NCBI GenBank assembly: GCA_035577965.1
Contig: DATJYX010000078.1
Span: 20,590 to 84,589, forward strand
Direction of reading: 5' to 3'
DNA from: Vicinamibacteria bacterium
GTDB lineage: Bacteria; Acidobacteriota; Vicinamibacteria; Fen-336
Length of the DNA stretch: 64,000 nucleotides
Position 1 is the first letter of the stretch, and the number at the start of each line of letters is the position of its first letter. Both the position numbers and the translations under genes were made by a program. Shown here in pieces: positions 9,208 to 17,966 of this stretch. The notes below the pieces were generated by a model that was not told where the DNA came from, ran no database searches, and worked only from the letters and a program-made list of their open reading frames with translations.

Positions 9208-10905
9208 TCAGTCCGGCATCGCCGGCACGGGGATGCGCAGCGGCCCTTCCTCCGTGTCCAGGAGGACGTCGGTCGACTCGACGGCGCGGACGACGCCGTC
9301 CGCGAGCCGGTCGCCGGCCCGGTAGGCGTTGAGCTGGCCCGTGGGCGCGTAGGCGAAGGCGACGAAGGCGTCCCCGGCGGACGCCACGCCGGCCAGCTGG
9401 AACTCGCCCACCGTCGCCTCCTCCGGCCGCAGGACGAGGCGAGGCTCCGATCCTCCGCGGGCCACCGGAGCGGGAGCGTCGCTCGGGCCCGAGCGACGCT
9501 CCACGACCCGCCGGTCCTCCTCGATGCGCTCCGTGAGGCCGGCCGCGTCGAGCACGGCCGACCGCACCGCCAGGAGCGGCGCGTTCTTCGTCCACACGCT
9601 GACCCGCCCGAGGAAGCCCGGCGGTCCGAGAGCGGCGAGGCTCGAGTCCACGTCGGCCATCCCGGCCAGGAGGTCTCGAACGTCGATGCGCTTGAGCGCG
9701 AAGCTCGACGGCGGTCCACCGGCCGCGCCTCCCGCTTCCGTCGCCGCGCCCCGTCCGGAGGCTCTTCCGCTCGAGACGACCCGCACCGGACCGGTGCCGG
9801 CGCTCTCGACGTCCGAGGCCTTCCGGATCGCGGCCAGCGTCTCGTCGAGCGTCGCCCGTGTCACCTCCAGGCTCACTCGCCCCGAGACGCCCTCCTGCAC
9901 GACGAACCCGCCCGCGCCCAGGACGGCGAGCGCCTGGAAGACGTCGGCGAAGTCCACGTCGCGCAGCCGCAGGGTGAGCGGCCCACGGCCGGGGTCCTTC
10001 GCGGTGGGGGCCCGGCCCCGCACCACGAGGCCCCTCGAGCCGTCCCGGTCGACGCGGCAGGGAGTCGGGTCCTGCTCGAACGGGTCCTCCGTGGGAACCG
10101 GCAGCTCGGCGTCGGGACCGGCGACGGGGCTGCGGCCCCGCGCCTCGAACCGGTAGCAGGAGCCCTGCTTCGCCTGGAGGAACTCGGACACGCGGAGGAA
10201 GCCGCGCTCGAGGCGGCTCTCGAAGGCGCGCAGGGGGCCCTCGCCGACGGTCAGGCCGCGCAGCGTGAACTCCTCGGCCAGCGAGGCGTACCCGAGCACG
10301 ACCGGCCGCTCGCGCGCCGCCGCCGCCACCTCGGAGAGGAAGAGGCGGGGGCTGCGGCGCGCGCGTCGGCGCGTCGCGACGGCGTCCGACTTCGCGAAGG
10401 CGAGGGACTGGTCGCGGAGGAACGCGTCCGCGGTCGGGCGGGGCACGCCGGTGGGGCGGCCTCGGGGCGACTCCGGGGGCGGCGGGAGCGGGGCCCGAGT
10501 CGGCCAGTAGGGGATGCGGAGCACTGCCGCGAGCTGCACCGCTCCCTCGGCGGTCGCGGTGAGGGCGAGGCTCTCGACGTCCACGAGGCGAGGCGACGCC
10601 GCCGCCCGCTCGAAGAAGCGGAAGATCTCCTCGTACCCGCCCGCGGCGGTGAGGTCGAGGACGATCTCTCCTCGCGACCCGGCCTCGACGGGGGGCCGGG
10701 GCTGGACCTCGACGCGGGCGAGGCGGGCGGCCTCGGCCAGGTCCCGCATCAGCATCACGTCGGCGGAGGCGTTCGGGCCGTCGGGGAGGATGCGCCTCAG
10801 GGCCTCGAGGCGGCGGTCGAGGAGGAGCCGCTCTTCGGAGAAGGGCCGGGGGGGCTGGACGGCGAGGAGGGCCGGGAGCGGCGCGGCGAGAATGGCGAGG
10901 AGCAA
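9208..10905 (-). CDS. hypothetical secreted/membrane protein with PilO/GspM-like N-terminal region, secretin-N/STN-like middle domain and PilP/GspC-like C-terminal domain
   Basis: The 565-aa ORF has an N-terminal hydrophobic segment. Residues about 20-130 resemble PilO (GYEEIFRFFERAAASPRLVDVESLAL...RIPYWP). A segment LTLRLRDVDFADVFQALAVLGAGGFVV...VSLEVTRATLDETLAAI resembles the STN/secretin N0 fold. The C-terminus (FQLAGVASAGDAFVAFAY...DRLADGVVRAVESTDVLLD) resembles PilP. The start lies 1 nt after the stop of the upstream PPOX gene. Confidence 0.45.
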   Translation of the reverse strand: MLLAILAAPLPALLAVQPPRPFSEERLLLDRRLEALRRILPDGPNASADVMLMRDLAEAARLARVEVQPRPPVEAGSRGEIVLDLTAAGGYEEIFRFFERAAASPRLVDVESLALTATAEGAVQLAAVLRIPYWPTRAPLPPPPESPRGRPTGVPRPTADAFLRDQSLAFAKSDAVATRRRARRSPRLFLSEVAAAARERPVVLGYASLAEEFTLRGLTVGEGPLRAFESRLERGFLRVSEFLQAKQGSCYRFEARGRSPVAGPDAELPVPTEDPFEQDPTPCRVDRDGSRGLVVRGRAPTAKDPGRGPLTLRLRDVDFADVFQALAVLGAGGFVVQEGVSGRVSLEVTRATLDETLAAIRKASDVESAGTGPVRVVSSGRASGRGAATEAGGAAGGPPSSFALKRIDVRDLLAGMADVDSSLAALGPPGFLGRVSVWTKNAPLLAVRSAVLDAAGLTERIEEDRRVVERRSGPSDAPAPVARGGSEPRLVLRPEEATVGEFQLAGVASAGDAFVAFAYAPTGQLNAYRAGDRLADGVVRAVESTDVLLDTEEGPLRIPVPAMPD

Positions 10906-10906
10906 G

Positions 10907-11575
10907 CTAGCCGCGCCCCCGCCGCCAGCCGGTGACGTGCGGCGGCGGCGCGAGACCGGCGGCGAGGCGGGGATCGGCGAGCGGCTCGAGCGGCTGGAGG
11001 CGCAGGGGGAGCTCCCCCGCCCACACCGGGAGCGCGTAGTCGGCCTCGTCGTCTTTCGGCGGGCCCGTGCGGACCTTGGCCGACGCCTCGTCGAGCGCCA
11101 ACGCCACCACCCGCGTGGCCCGCATCTCGACCTCCGTCGGCGCCCGCACGCCGGCCACGCGTCCCGGCGCGACGTGCTCCACGATCGCGTCGAGCGCGCG
11201 GCGCTTCTCCTCCGGCTCGGTGATCTCGATCGCCCGGCCGAGCACGACCACGCTCCTGTAGTTCATCGAGTGGTGGAAGGTGGAGCGGGCGAGGACCAGG
11301 CCGTCGAGGAGGGTGACGGTGACGCACGCCGGCGCCCCTGCCGCGAGGGCCTTCAGCATGCGGCTCGCGGCCGACCCGTGGATGACGAGGCGGTCGCCCC
11401 ACCGCGCGTAGGTCGTGGGGACGACGAAGGGCTGCCCCTCGTCGACGAAGCCCACGTGGCAGACGAGGCCCTCGTCGAGGATCGACTCCATCGTCGCGCG
11501 ATCGTAGCGGGCCCGGTCCGGCAGGCGCCGGACCGTCGTGCGGGAGGTGGGCCCGGCCCGTCTCTCGTCGCTCAA
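10907..11575 (-). CDS. pyridoxamine 5'-phosphate oxidase family flavin-binding protein (PPOX class)
   Basis: The 222-aa ORF has a split-barrel FMN-binding-like sequence (CHVGFVDEGQPFVVPTTYARWGDRLVIHGS...NYRSVVVLGRA) typical of the Pyridox_ox_2 family. Confidence 0.7.
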   Translation of the reverse strand: MSDERRAGPTSRTTVRRLPDRARYDRATMESILDEGLVCHVGFVDEGQPFVVPTTYARWGDRLVIHGSAASRMLKALAAGAPACVTVTLLDGLVLARSTFHHSMNYRSVVVLGRAIEITEPEEKRRALDAIVEHVAPGRVAGVRAPTEVEMRATRVVALALDEASAKVRTGPPKDDEADYALPVWAGELPLRLQPLEPLADPRLAAGLAPPPHVTGWRRGRG

Positions 11576-11594
11576 CTCGGGCCCGGCCGCCGGG

Positions 11595-12140
11595 TCAGTA
11601 CTCGTCGTCGTCGTCGACGATGTCGTCGCGACGCCGCCGGGGGCTGACCTTGCGGGCCGGCTTCGACTCCGGCTTCTGCCGGAAGCGCCGACCCCGTCCC
11701 TCTTCCCCCGAGCCCGGAGGGGGGAACTCCCCGGCGGGCGGACCCGAGCGGTAACCGCCGCCGTAGCCTCCCCCGGGTCGCGAGAAGCCGCCTCCTCCGC
11801 CGGGGCGGGAGAAGCCGCCGGGGCGGCCGAAGCCGGCGCCGCTTCCCCCGGGTGAGGGCCTCGAGAAGCCGGAAGCGCCGGCCGGTCGCGGGGGCCGGTT
11901 CTCGGCCTCGTTGACCCGGAGGGGCCGGCCCTTCAGGTCTCGTCCGTTCAGCTGCCCGATGCAGCGCTGAGCGGCCTCCTCGTTCTCGAACTCGACGAAA
12001 GCGAAGCCGCGCGGGCGTCCCGTCTCGCGGTCCGTCGGGACCTTCGCGTCCACGACCCGCCCGGCGGCACTGAAGGCCTCGATGAGCTCCTCGCGCGTCA
12101 CGTCGAAGCTCAGGTTGCCCACGAAAACCTTGTTCGAAAT
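11595..12140 (-). CDS. RRM-domain RNA-binding protein with glycine/arginine-rich (RGG-like) tail and acidic C-terminus
   Basis: RNP1 (RGFAFVEF) and RNP2 (KVFVGNLSF) motifs are present. The track start (GTG 12122) would remove beta-strand 1. Six codons upstream, an in-frame ATT at 12140..12138 is preceded by a perfect AAGGAG SD (12153..12148) at 7 nt spacing, giving the canonical N-terminus (M)SNKVFVGNLSF. There is no in-frame ATG/GTG/TTG further upstream. Confidence 0.7.
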   Translation of the reverse strand: MSNKVFVGNLSFDVTREELIEAFSAAGRVVDAKVPTDRETGRPRGFAFVEFENEEAAQRCIGQLNGRDLKGRPLRVNEAENRPPRPAGASGFSRPSPGGSGAGFGRPGGFSRPGGGGGFSRPGGGYGGGYRSGPPAGEFPPPGSGEEGRGRRFRQKPESKPARKVSPRRRRDDIVDDDDEY

Positions 12141-12147
12141 GGCTCGT

Positions 12148-12153
12148 CTCCTT
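12148..12153 (-). promoter_or_regulatory. Shine-Dalgarno AAGGAG positioned 7 nt upstream of the ATT (AUU) start of the RRM protein gene
   Basis: A perfect anti-SD complement. The only start-like codon at proper spacing is ATT 12140..12138. Confidence 0.5.
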
Positions 12154-12310
12154 GATGCGACCTCTCCCGGGCCACGCGCGCGGCCCGTTGCGGGGCGCGT
12201 CGCTCGCGGGGACGGGATGTCGCAGGACTCTAGCAGAAAGCCGGGTCCTTTCCAACGACGCGGGCGGGGGCTTGCGCTCGCCGCGGTCCAGTGTATAAGG
12301 CCCCACAGAC

Positions 12311-13426
12311 ATGCACACTCCCGATGTCTCGGAGGTGCTCGGCGCCTCGGACCTCGAGGCCTTCGTCGGGCTCCCCTACGAGCTGCACCGTCGCGACCCC
12401 GGTTGGACGCCGATGCTGCGGCGAGACGTCCGGGTCCTCCTCGACCCCGCCCGCAACCCGTTCTTCGAGCACGCGGACCGCCGGCTCTTCCTGGCCCGCC
12501 TCGCCGGGCGCGTCGTCGGCCGCATCGCCGCGATCCACGACCGACTCCACGAGGAGACCCACGCCGACGGCGCGGGCTTCTTCGGCTTCTTCGAGAGCGT
12601 CGACGACGCGGCGGTGTCCTCCGCCCTCTTCGCCGCCGCCGCAGACTGGCTCCGCGGACGCGGCCGCGGGACGATGCGCGGCCCCGTCAATCCCTCGATC
12701 AACGACGAGGCCGGGCTCCTGGTGGACGGGTTCTCCTCCCCGGCCGTCCTCATGATGCCCCACAACCCGCGCTACTACCCGGCCCTCGTCGAGGCGGCGG
12801 GCTTCGTCAAGGCGAAGGACCTCCTCGCCTTCCAGAGCACCGGCACCACTCTTCCCGAGCGGCTCTCCGCCGCTGCCGAGGTCGTGCGCCGCCGGTACCA
12901 CGTCTGCCTCCGGTCCCTCGACATGAAGCGCTTCCGCGAGGAAGTGGGCCTCATCAAGGACCTCTTCAACGCGGGCTGGGAGAGGAACTGGGGCTACGTC
13001 CCCCTCACCGACCGCGAGATCGAGCATCTGGCGGGCCAGCTGAAACCGCTGGTCGTGCCACAGCTCGTGGCGTTCGCCGAGGCGGAGGGCAAGACGATCG
13101 GCTTCGCCGCCGCGATCCCGGACTTCAACGTGGCCCTGCGGAGGAACCCCTCGGGGCGGCTGTTCCCCGGCGTCCTGAAGATCCTCTGGGCCTCGCGGCG
13201 CATCACGCGGCTGCGGGTGCTGCTGCTCGGCGTGCTGCCGGAGTGGCAGGGGAGGGGCGTGGACGCGCTTCTCTACCGTCACATCTGGGAAAACGGGCGG
13301 GCGAGGGGCTTCGACTGGGCTGAGGCCGGCTGGATCCTGGAGGACAACCACGCCATGGTCAACGGCCTCGCCCGCATGGGCTTCGAGGTCTACAAGACCT
13401 ACCGCATCTACGAGAGGCCGATCTGA
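12311..13426 (+). CDS. GNAT-fold N-acyltransferase-like protein (two-lobed, about 370 aa family)
   Basis: The 371-aa ORF is a repeated acyl-CoA N-acyltransferase-like fold (GFFGFFES..., WQGRGVDALLY). An extended -10 TGTATAAG sits 11 nt upstream of the ATG. Confidence 0.55.
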   Translation: MHTPDVSEVLGASDLEAFVGLPYELHRRDPGWTPMLRRDVRVLLDPARNPFFEHADRRLFLARLAGRVVGRIAAIHDRLHEETHADGAGFFGFFESVDDAAVSSALFAAAADWLRGRGRGTMRGPVNPSINDEAGLLVDGFSSPAVLMMPHNPRYYPALVEAAGFVKAKDLLAFQSTGTTLPERLSAAAEVVRRRYHVCLRSLDMKRFREEVGLIKDLFNAGWERNWGYVPLTDREIEHLAGQLKPLVVPQLVAFAEAEGKTIGFAAAIPDFNVALRRNPSGRLFPGVLKILWASRRITRLRVLLLGVLPEWQGRGVDALLYRHIWENGRARGFDWAEAGWILEDNHAMVNGLARMGFEVYKTYRIYERPI

Positions 13427-14382
13427 GGGCGGCCGTCACCGGGGCCACGGGCTTCGTCGGCTCGCACCTGGTCGAGGCGCTCCGCGCGCGGGGCGACGCC
13501 GTCACCGCTCTCGTGCGCCGTTCGCAGCGCAGCGGGCCGGCCGGCTGCCGGATCGTCGAGGGAAGCCTCGAGGACGAGGGCGCCCGCCGCGCCCTCGTCG
13601 AGGGCCAGGACGTCCTCTACCACCTGGCCGGCCTCGTCGCCGCGCGAAAGCCGGCCGACTTCCAGCGCGTGAACGCGGACGGCGCGGCCGCCCTCGCCGC
13701 CGCCGCGGCGAGGGCCGGCGTGGGGCGCTTCCTGCTCGTCTCGTCCCTGGCCGTGACCGGTCCCTCGCGTCCCGGCCACCCGGTCGACGAGGCCTCCGGG
13801 CCGGGGCCAGTCACGACCTACGGGCGGAGCAAGCGCGCGGGGGAGGAGGCGGTCCGGGCCTCCGGCGTGCCGTTCACGATCGTGCGCCCGCCCGCCGTCT
13901 ACGGGCCGCGCGACCGCGCGTTCCTCGCCCTCTTCCGGTCGGCGGCGCGGGGCTTCGCGCCGCTCCTCGGCGACGGCACGCAGGAGCTGACCCTCGTCCA
14001 CGCCGCCGATCTCGCCCGGGCCCTCGTCGCCGCCGCCACGAGCGCGGCGACCGCAGGGGGCGTCTACCACGCCGGGCACGCCGAGCCGGTGACGCAGAGG
14101 GCCCTCGCCGAGGAGGTGGGACGGGCGGTCGGCCGCGCTGTCCACGCCATCTCCCTCCCCGGTCCGCTCGTGCGGGCCGCGCTGGGAGCGGCCGGCGTCG
14201 CGGCGCGGGCCCTCGGGAGGTCCCCCCTCCTGGATGGCGACAAGGCCAACGAGCTGCTCGCTCTCGGGTGGAGCTGCTCGAGCGCGGCCCTCCGGCGCGA
14301 CGCCTCGTGGTCGGCGGAGATCGCCTTGAGCGAGGGCCTGGCCGACACCGCCCGGGCCTACCGGCGGGCCGGATGGCTGTAG
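13423..14382 (+). CDS. NAD-dependent epimerase/dehydratase family protein (SDR, Rossmann fold)
   Basis: The Rossmann motif VTGATGFVGSHLV begins at 13432, upstream of the track's GTG at 13513. The only in-frame start candidate is CTG 13423, which overlaps the TGA stop of the preceding gene (CTGA). A YxxxK-like catalytic region (TTYGRSK) is present. Confidence 0.7.
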   Translation: MRAAVTGATGFVGSHLVEALRARGDAVTALVRRSQRSGPAGCRIVEGSLEDEGARRALVEGQDVLYHLAGLVAARKPADFQRVNADGAAALAAAAARAGVGRFLLVSSLAVTGPSRPGHPVDEASGPGPVTTYGRSKRAGEEAVRASGVPFTIVRPPAVYGPRDRAFLALFRSAARGFAPLLGDGTQELTLVHAADLARALVAAATSAATAGGVYHAGHAEPVTQRALAEEVGRAVGRAVHAISLPGPLVRAALGAAGVAARALGRSPLLDGDKANELLALGWSCSSAALRRDASWSAEIALSEGLADTARAYRRAGWL

Positions 14383-15230
14383 GCCCGCTCTCGCCCGTCG
14401 ACCGGGCGACCCTGGCCTATGTCGCCGTGGCCACCGGCTTCGACCTCGCCCGCGGTCCGCGCGGCGGTCTCGCGGGCGCGCTCCCCCCCCTCGGTTTGCT
14501 GCTGGTCGGCCTCGTCGCGTCGGTGCTCGCCCCTCGGGCCCGCCGCGCGGGCGCGCTCGGCCGGTTCCTCGCCGAGTTCTATCCGCTCGTGCTCGTGGTG
14601 GCGCTCTACACCCACGTCGGCCTGGTGAACGCCGCGGGCGGCGTCTCCCACGACGCTCTCGTCCAGGGGTGGGAGCAGGCGCTCTTCGGCGGGCAGCCCT
14701 CCCTCGGCTGGATCCGTGCGTTCCCGTCGCCGGCCTGGAGCACGCTGATGCACGCCGCGTATCTCTCGTACTACCTCGTCCTGGCCGGGGCGCCTCTCGG
14801 CCTCTGGTTGGGCGGCCGCCGTGACGCCGCGCGAGGCACCCTCTTCCTGGTGACGTCGACCTTCTACGCGTGCTACACGATCTCCTTCCTCTTCCCGGTC
14901 GCCGGGCCGCGCTACCTCTTCCCTCCCGCCGCGAACGCCGCCACCTCCGTGCCGCTCGCCGCCTTCGTGCGCCGCCTCCTCGAGAGAGGCTCCGCGTGGG
15001 GCACGGCCTTCCCCTCGTCCCACGTCGCCGCCGCCCTCGTCGCCGCCGCGTGCGCCTGGCGCGGACATCGGCCCCTCGGCCGCGCGCTCCTTCCCCTGGC
15101 GATCCTGCTGTCCCTCTCCACGGTCTACGGCCAGTTCCACTACGCCGTCGACGCCCTCGCCGGGGCCGCCCTCGCGACCGCCGCGCTCATCGCCGACCGC
15201 CGGGCGGGTTATGATTCCCCGCCACAATGA
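14373..15230 (+). CDS. PAP2-superfamily membrane protein (phosphatidic acid phosphatase type 2/haloperoxidase fold)
   Basis: Polytopic membrane protein with PAP2 motifs PSSH and HYAVDA (HxxxD). Met36 of track ORF 14268 (ATG 14373) overlaps the epimerase stop and gives a typical 286-aa protein. Confidence 0.7.
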   Translation: MAVGPLSPVDRATLAYVAVATGFDLARGPRGGLAGALPPLGLLLVGLVASVLAPRARRAGALGRFLAEFYPLVLVVALYTHVGLVNAAGGVSHDALVQGWEQALFGGQPSLGWIRAFPSPAWSTLMHAAYLSYYLVLAGAPLGLWLGGRRDAARGTLFLVTSTFYACYTISFLFPVAGPRYLFPPAANAATSVPLAAFVRRLLERGSAWGTAFPSSHVAAALVAAACAWRGHRPLGRALLPLAILLSLSTVYGQFHYAVDALAGAALATAALIADRRAGYDSPPQ

Positions 15231-15258
15231 ACACCGACACGTCCTCACTGGAGCATCG

Positions 15259-16965
15259 ATGACCCCACGCCTCGCCCTCGCCCTGGTCGCCTTCACCGCG
15301 CCTTCCGTCCTCGCCCAGGAGAAGCTCGACTGGGCGACCCTCGGCCGCATCCGCGACGAGGGCTTCCGCCGCTCGCAGGTCATGGAGACGGCGGCCCAGC
15401 TCACCGACGTCCACGGCCCGCGCCTCACCGGCTCGCCCCAGTACAAGGGCGCGGCCGACTGGGCGCGCCAGCAGCTCGAGACGTGGGGCCTCTCGAGCGC
15501 CCACCTCGAGAGCTGGCCGTTCGGACGGGGGTGGAGCTTCGAGCGCTGCTCCGCCCACGTCGTCTCGCCCACGACCTTCCCCCTCGTCGCTCTGCCGAAG
15601 GCGTGGACGGCGGGGACGAGCGGTCCCGTGCGGGGGAAGGTGATGCGGGTCAAGGCCGAGTCGGAGTCCGACGTCGAGGCGCTCAAGGGGAAGGTCGCGG
15701 GGATGGTCCTCTGGGTGGGCCAGCCTCGCGAGCTCAAGGGCCCCGAGGAGGGCGGAGTCTTCAAGCGCTACACCGAGAAGCAGCTCGACGAGATCGAGCA
15801 GTACCAGATCCCGGGGGCGCGGGGCGGGCGGGGGCCGATGGGCCCGGCGGACCGCGAGGCGTTCCTGAAGCGCCGCCGCCTGCAGCAGGCGCTCGAGAAG
15901 CTCTACGCGGCGGAGAAGCCGCTGGCCGTGTTCGAGCCCTCGGAGCGGGACGCGGACGTGCTGCGCCTCGGCGGGGGCGGCTCGCGCAAGGTCGGCGACC
16001 CCCAGGCGGTGACCCAGCTCGTGGTCGCGGCCGACGAGTGGAACCGCGTCGCCCGGCTCCTGGATCGGAAGCTGGACGTCGAGGTCGAGGTCGACGTCAA
16101 GGCCACCTTCCACGAGGAGGACACGAACGGCTACAACGTGGTGGCCGACGTTCCGGGCGCCGACCGGAAGGGCGAGCTGGTGATGGTCGGCGCCCACCTC
16201 GACTCCTGGCACCCCGGCACCGGCGCCACCGACAACGCGGCGGGGTCGGCGGTGATGCTGGAGGTCGTCCGCATCCTGAAGGCGATCGACGCGCGGCCGA
16301 GGCGAACGATCCGGATCGGCCTCTGGGGCGGCGAGGAGCAGGGCCTCCTGGGCTCGCGGGCCTACGTCGACGAGCACTTCGCCTCTCGGCCGGAGGCGAA
16401 GGAGCCGGGCCCGGACGAGCTGCCCGCCTACATGCGCAACGAGCCGCCGGCGCCGATGACGCTCAAGGCCGACCACGCGAAGGTCTCTGCCTACTTCAAC
16501 CTCGACAACGGCACCGGGAAGATCCGCGGGATCTACCTGCAGGAGAACGAGGCGGTGAAGCCGATCTTCGAGGCCTGGATGCAGTCCGTGAGGGACCTCG
16601 GCGCGACCCGGATCACGATGCGGAACACCGGCGGCACCGACCACCAGTCCTTCGACAGCGTGGGGCTGCCCGCCTTCCAGTTCATCCAGGACCCGATCGA
16701 GTACATGGACGGCACGTTCTTCGGCACCCACCACTCGAACATGGACGTGTACGACCGTCTGCAGAGAGAGGACCTGATGCAGGCCGCCGTCGTGATCGCG
16801 TCGTTCGCCTACGACGCGGCGATGCGCGACGAGCTGCTGCCCCGAAAGCCCCTGCCGCCGGTCGCCGCGCCTCCCGCGCCTCCCACGCCGGCGCGCAAGT
16901 CGGGCGCGAAGGGCGGCGCGCCGCGGGCCCCGAAGATCGTCGAGGCGCCGCCGGGCACGCGCTGA
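15259..16965 (+). CDS. M28-family zinc aminopeptidase, secreted
   Basis: Signal peptide MTPRLALALVAFTAPSVLAQ starts at Met17 of the track ORF. M28 motifs are present (HLDSW, DNAAGSAVMLE, GGEEQGLLGS). A GGAG SD lies 5 nt before ATG 15259. Confidence 0.8.
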   Translation: MTPRLALALVAFTAPSVLAQEKLDWATLGRIRDEGFRRSQVMETAAQLTDVHGPRLTGSPQYKGAADWARQQLETWGLSSAHLESWPFGRGWSFERCSAHVVSPTTFPLVALPKAWTAGTSGPVRGKVMRVKAESESDVEALKGKVAGMVLWVGQPRELKGPEEGGVFKRYTEKQLDEIEQYQIPGARGGRGPMGPADREAFLKRRRLQQALEKLYAAEKPLAVFEPSERDADVLRLGGGGSRKVGDPQAVTQLVVAADEWNRVARLLDRKLDVEVEVDVKATFHEEDTNGYNVVADVPGADRKGELVMVGAHLDSWHPGTGATDNAAGSAVMLEVVRILKAIDARPRRTIRIGLWGGEEQGLLGSRAYVDEHFASRPEAKEPGPDELPAYMRNEPPAPMTLKADHAKVSAYFNLDNGTGKIRGIYLQENEAVKPIFEAWMQSVRDLGATRITMRNTGGTDHQSFDSVGLPAFQFIQDPIEYMDGTFFGTHHSNMDVYDRLQREDLMQAAVVIASFAYDAAMRDELLPRKPLPPVAAPPAPPTPARKSGAKGGAPRAPKIVEAPPGTR

Positions 16966-16978
16966 TCGCCGAGAAGCG

Positions 16979-17452
16979 GTGACCTCGAACCTGTTCGCGT
17001 ACGGGACGCTGATGGCGGTGGAGGGCCTGCGCGAGGTCCTCGGCGCCCGCGCGGACGCCCTCGCCTTCCGTCCGGCCCGGCTGCCGGGCTGGCGACGCAT
17101 CTGGAACGTCTTCGCGACCGAGTGGCAGGGCGGCGTCCTCAACATCGAGCCCTGGCCGGCCGGGGTGGTGGTCGGCATCCTCATCGAGGGCCTCGCGGAC
17201 GAGGATGTCCAGGTCCTCGACGCGCAGGAGGCGACGCACCTCCCGCGCGAGACCGTGTACGTGGAGCCTTTCGGCGGCGACGTGGTGACGGCCCAGGTCT
17301 ACAGGCGGAAGAAGGGCAACCACGCCGGCAAGCCCTCGGGGCGGTACAAGACGGTCGTGCTGGATCGGGCCTACCGTGCGGGCTGGGAGGTCTACGAGAG
17401 CGTCTGCCGGGGGACCGTGGACTCGGCCGGGAACCCCCTGACGTTCGGATGA
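16979..17452 (+). CDS. gamma-glutamyl cyclotransferase-like (AIG2/GGCT family) protein
   Basis: N-terminal LFAYGTLM motif and a size of 157 aa. GTG start 13 nt after the M28 stop. Confidence 0.65.
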   Translation: MTSNLFAYGTLMAVEGLREVLGARADALAFRPARLPGWRRIWNVFATEWQGGVLNIEPWPAGVVVGILIEGLADEDVQVLDAQEATHLPRETVYVEPFGGDVVTAQVYRRKKGNHAGKPSGRYKTVVLDRAYRAGWEVYESVCRGTVDSAGNPLTFG

Positions 17453-17563
17453 CCCGTCGGCATCGGATCGACCACGTCCGGCCGCAGATTGCGGACCCTC
17501 GTCCGGCTACGCCGCGCAATGAACGGGCCGCCCTTCGCCGAACGCTTCGCGGTATCCTGAAGC

Positions 17564-17953
17564 ATGGAGCGCGTCCCCGCGATCAAGGTCCTCCTGCTGC
17601 CCAAGGACACGAACGCCCTGGGCACGATCTTCGGCGGGGTCATCCTCTCCCACATCGACCTCGCCTCCGCCGTCGAGGCCCGGAAGACCGCCGCCCGCCG
17701 CTGGGTGACGAAGGCCATGCACGAGGTCGAGTTCCACGAGCCCGTCTTCCTCGGCGACATCGTGAACTTCTTCACGGAGACGGTCCGGATCGGACGCACG
17801 TCGGTCACGGTCCGGGTGTCGGTGGAGGCCGAGCGCTGGGGGGGCGGCCACGGCGAGCGCGTGAAGGTGACCGAGGCCGAGGTCGTGCTGGTCGCCGTCG
17901 ACGAGGCCGGCCGGCCCACGCCGATCGCGCCCGAGACGGCGACCGTCGCCTGA
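17564..17953 (+). CDS. acyl-CoA thioesterase (hotdog fold, YciA/YbgC-like)
   Basis: The 129-aa ORF has the DTNALGTIFGG hotdog thioesterase signature. Confidence 0.75.
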   Translation: MERVPAIKVLLLPKDTNALGTIFGGVILSHIDLASAVEARKTAARRWVTKAMHEVEFHEPVFLGDIVNFFTETVRIGRTSVTVRVSVEAERWGGGHGERVKVTEAEVVLVAVDEAGRPTPIAPETATVA

Positions 17954-17966
17954 GGGCCGGGAAACG

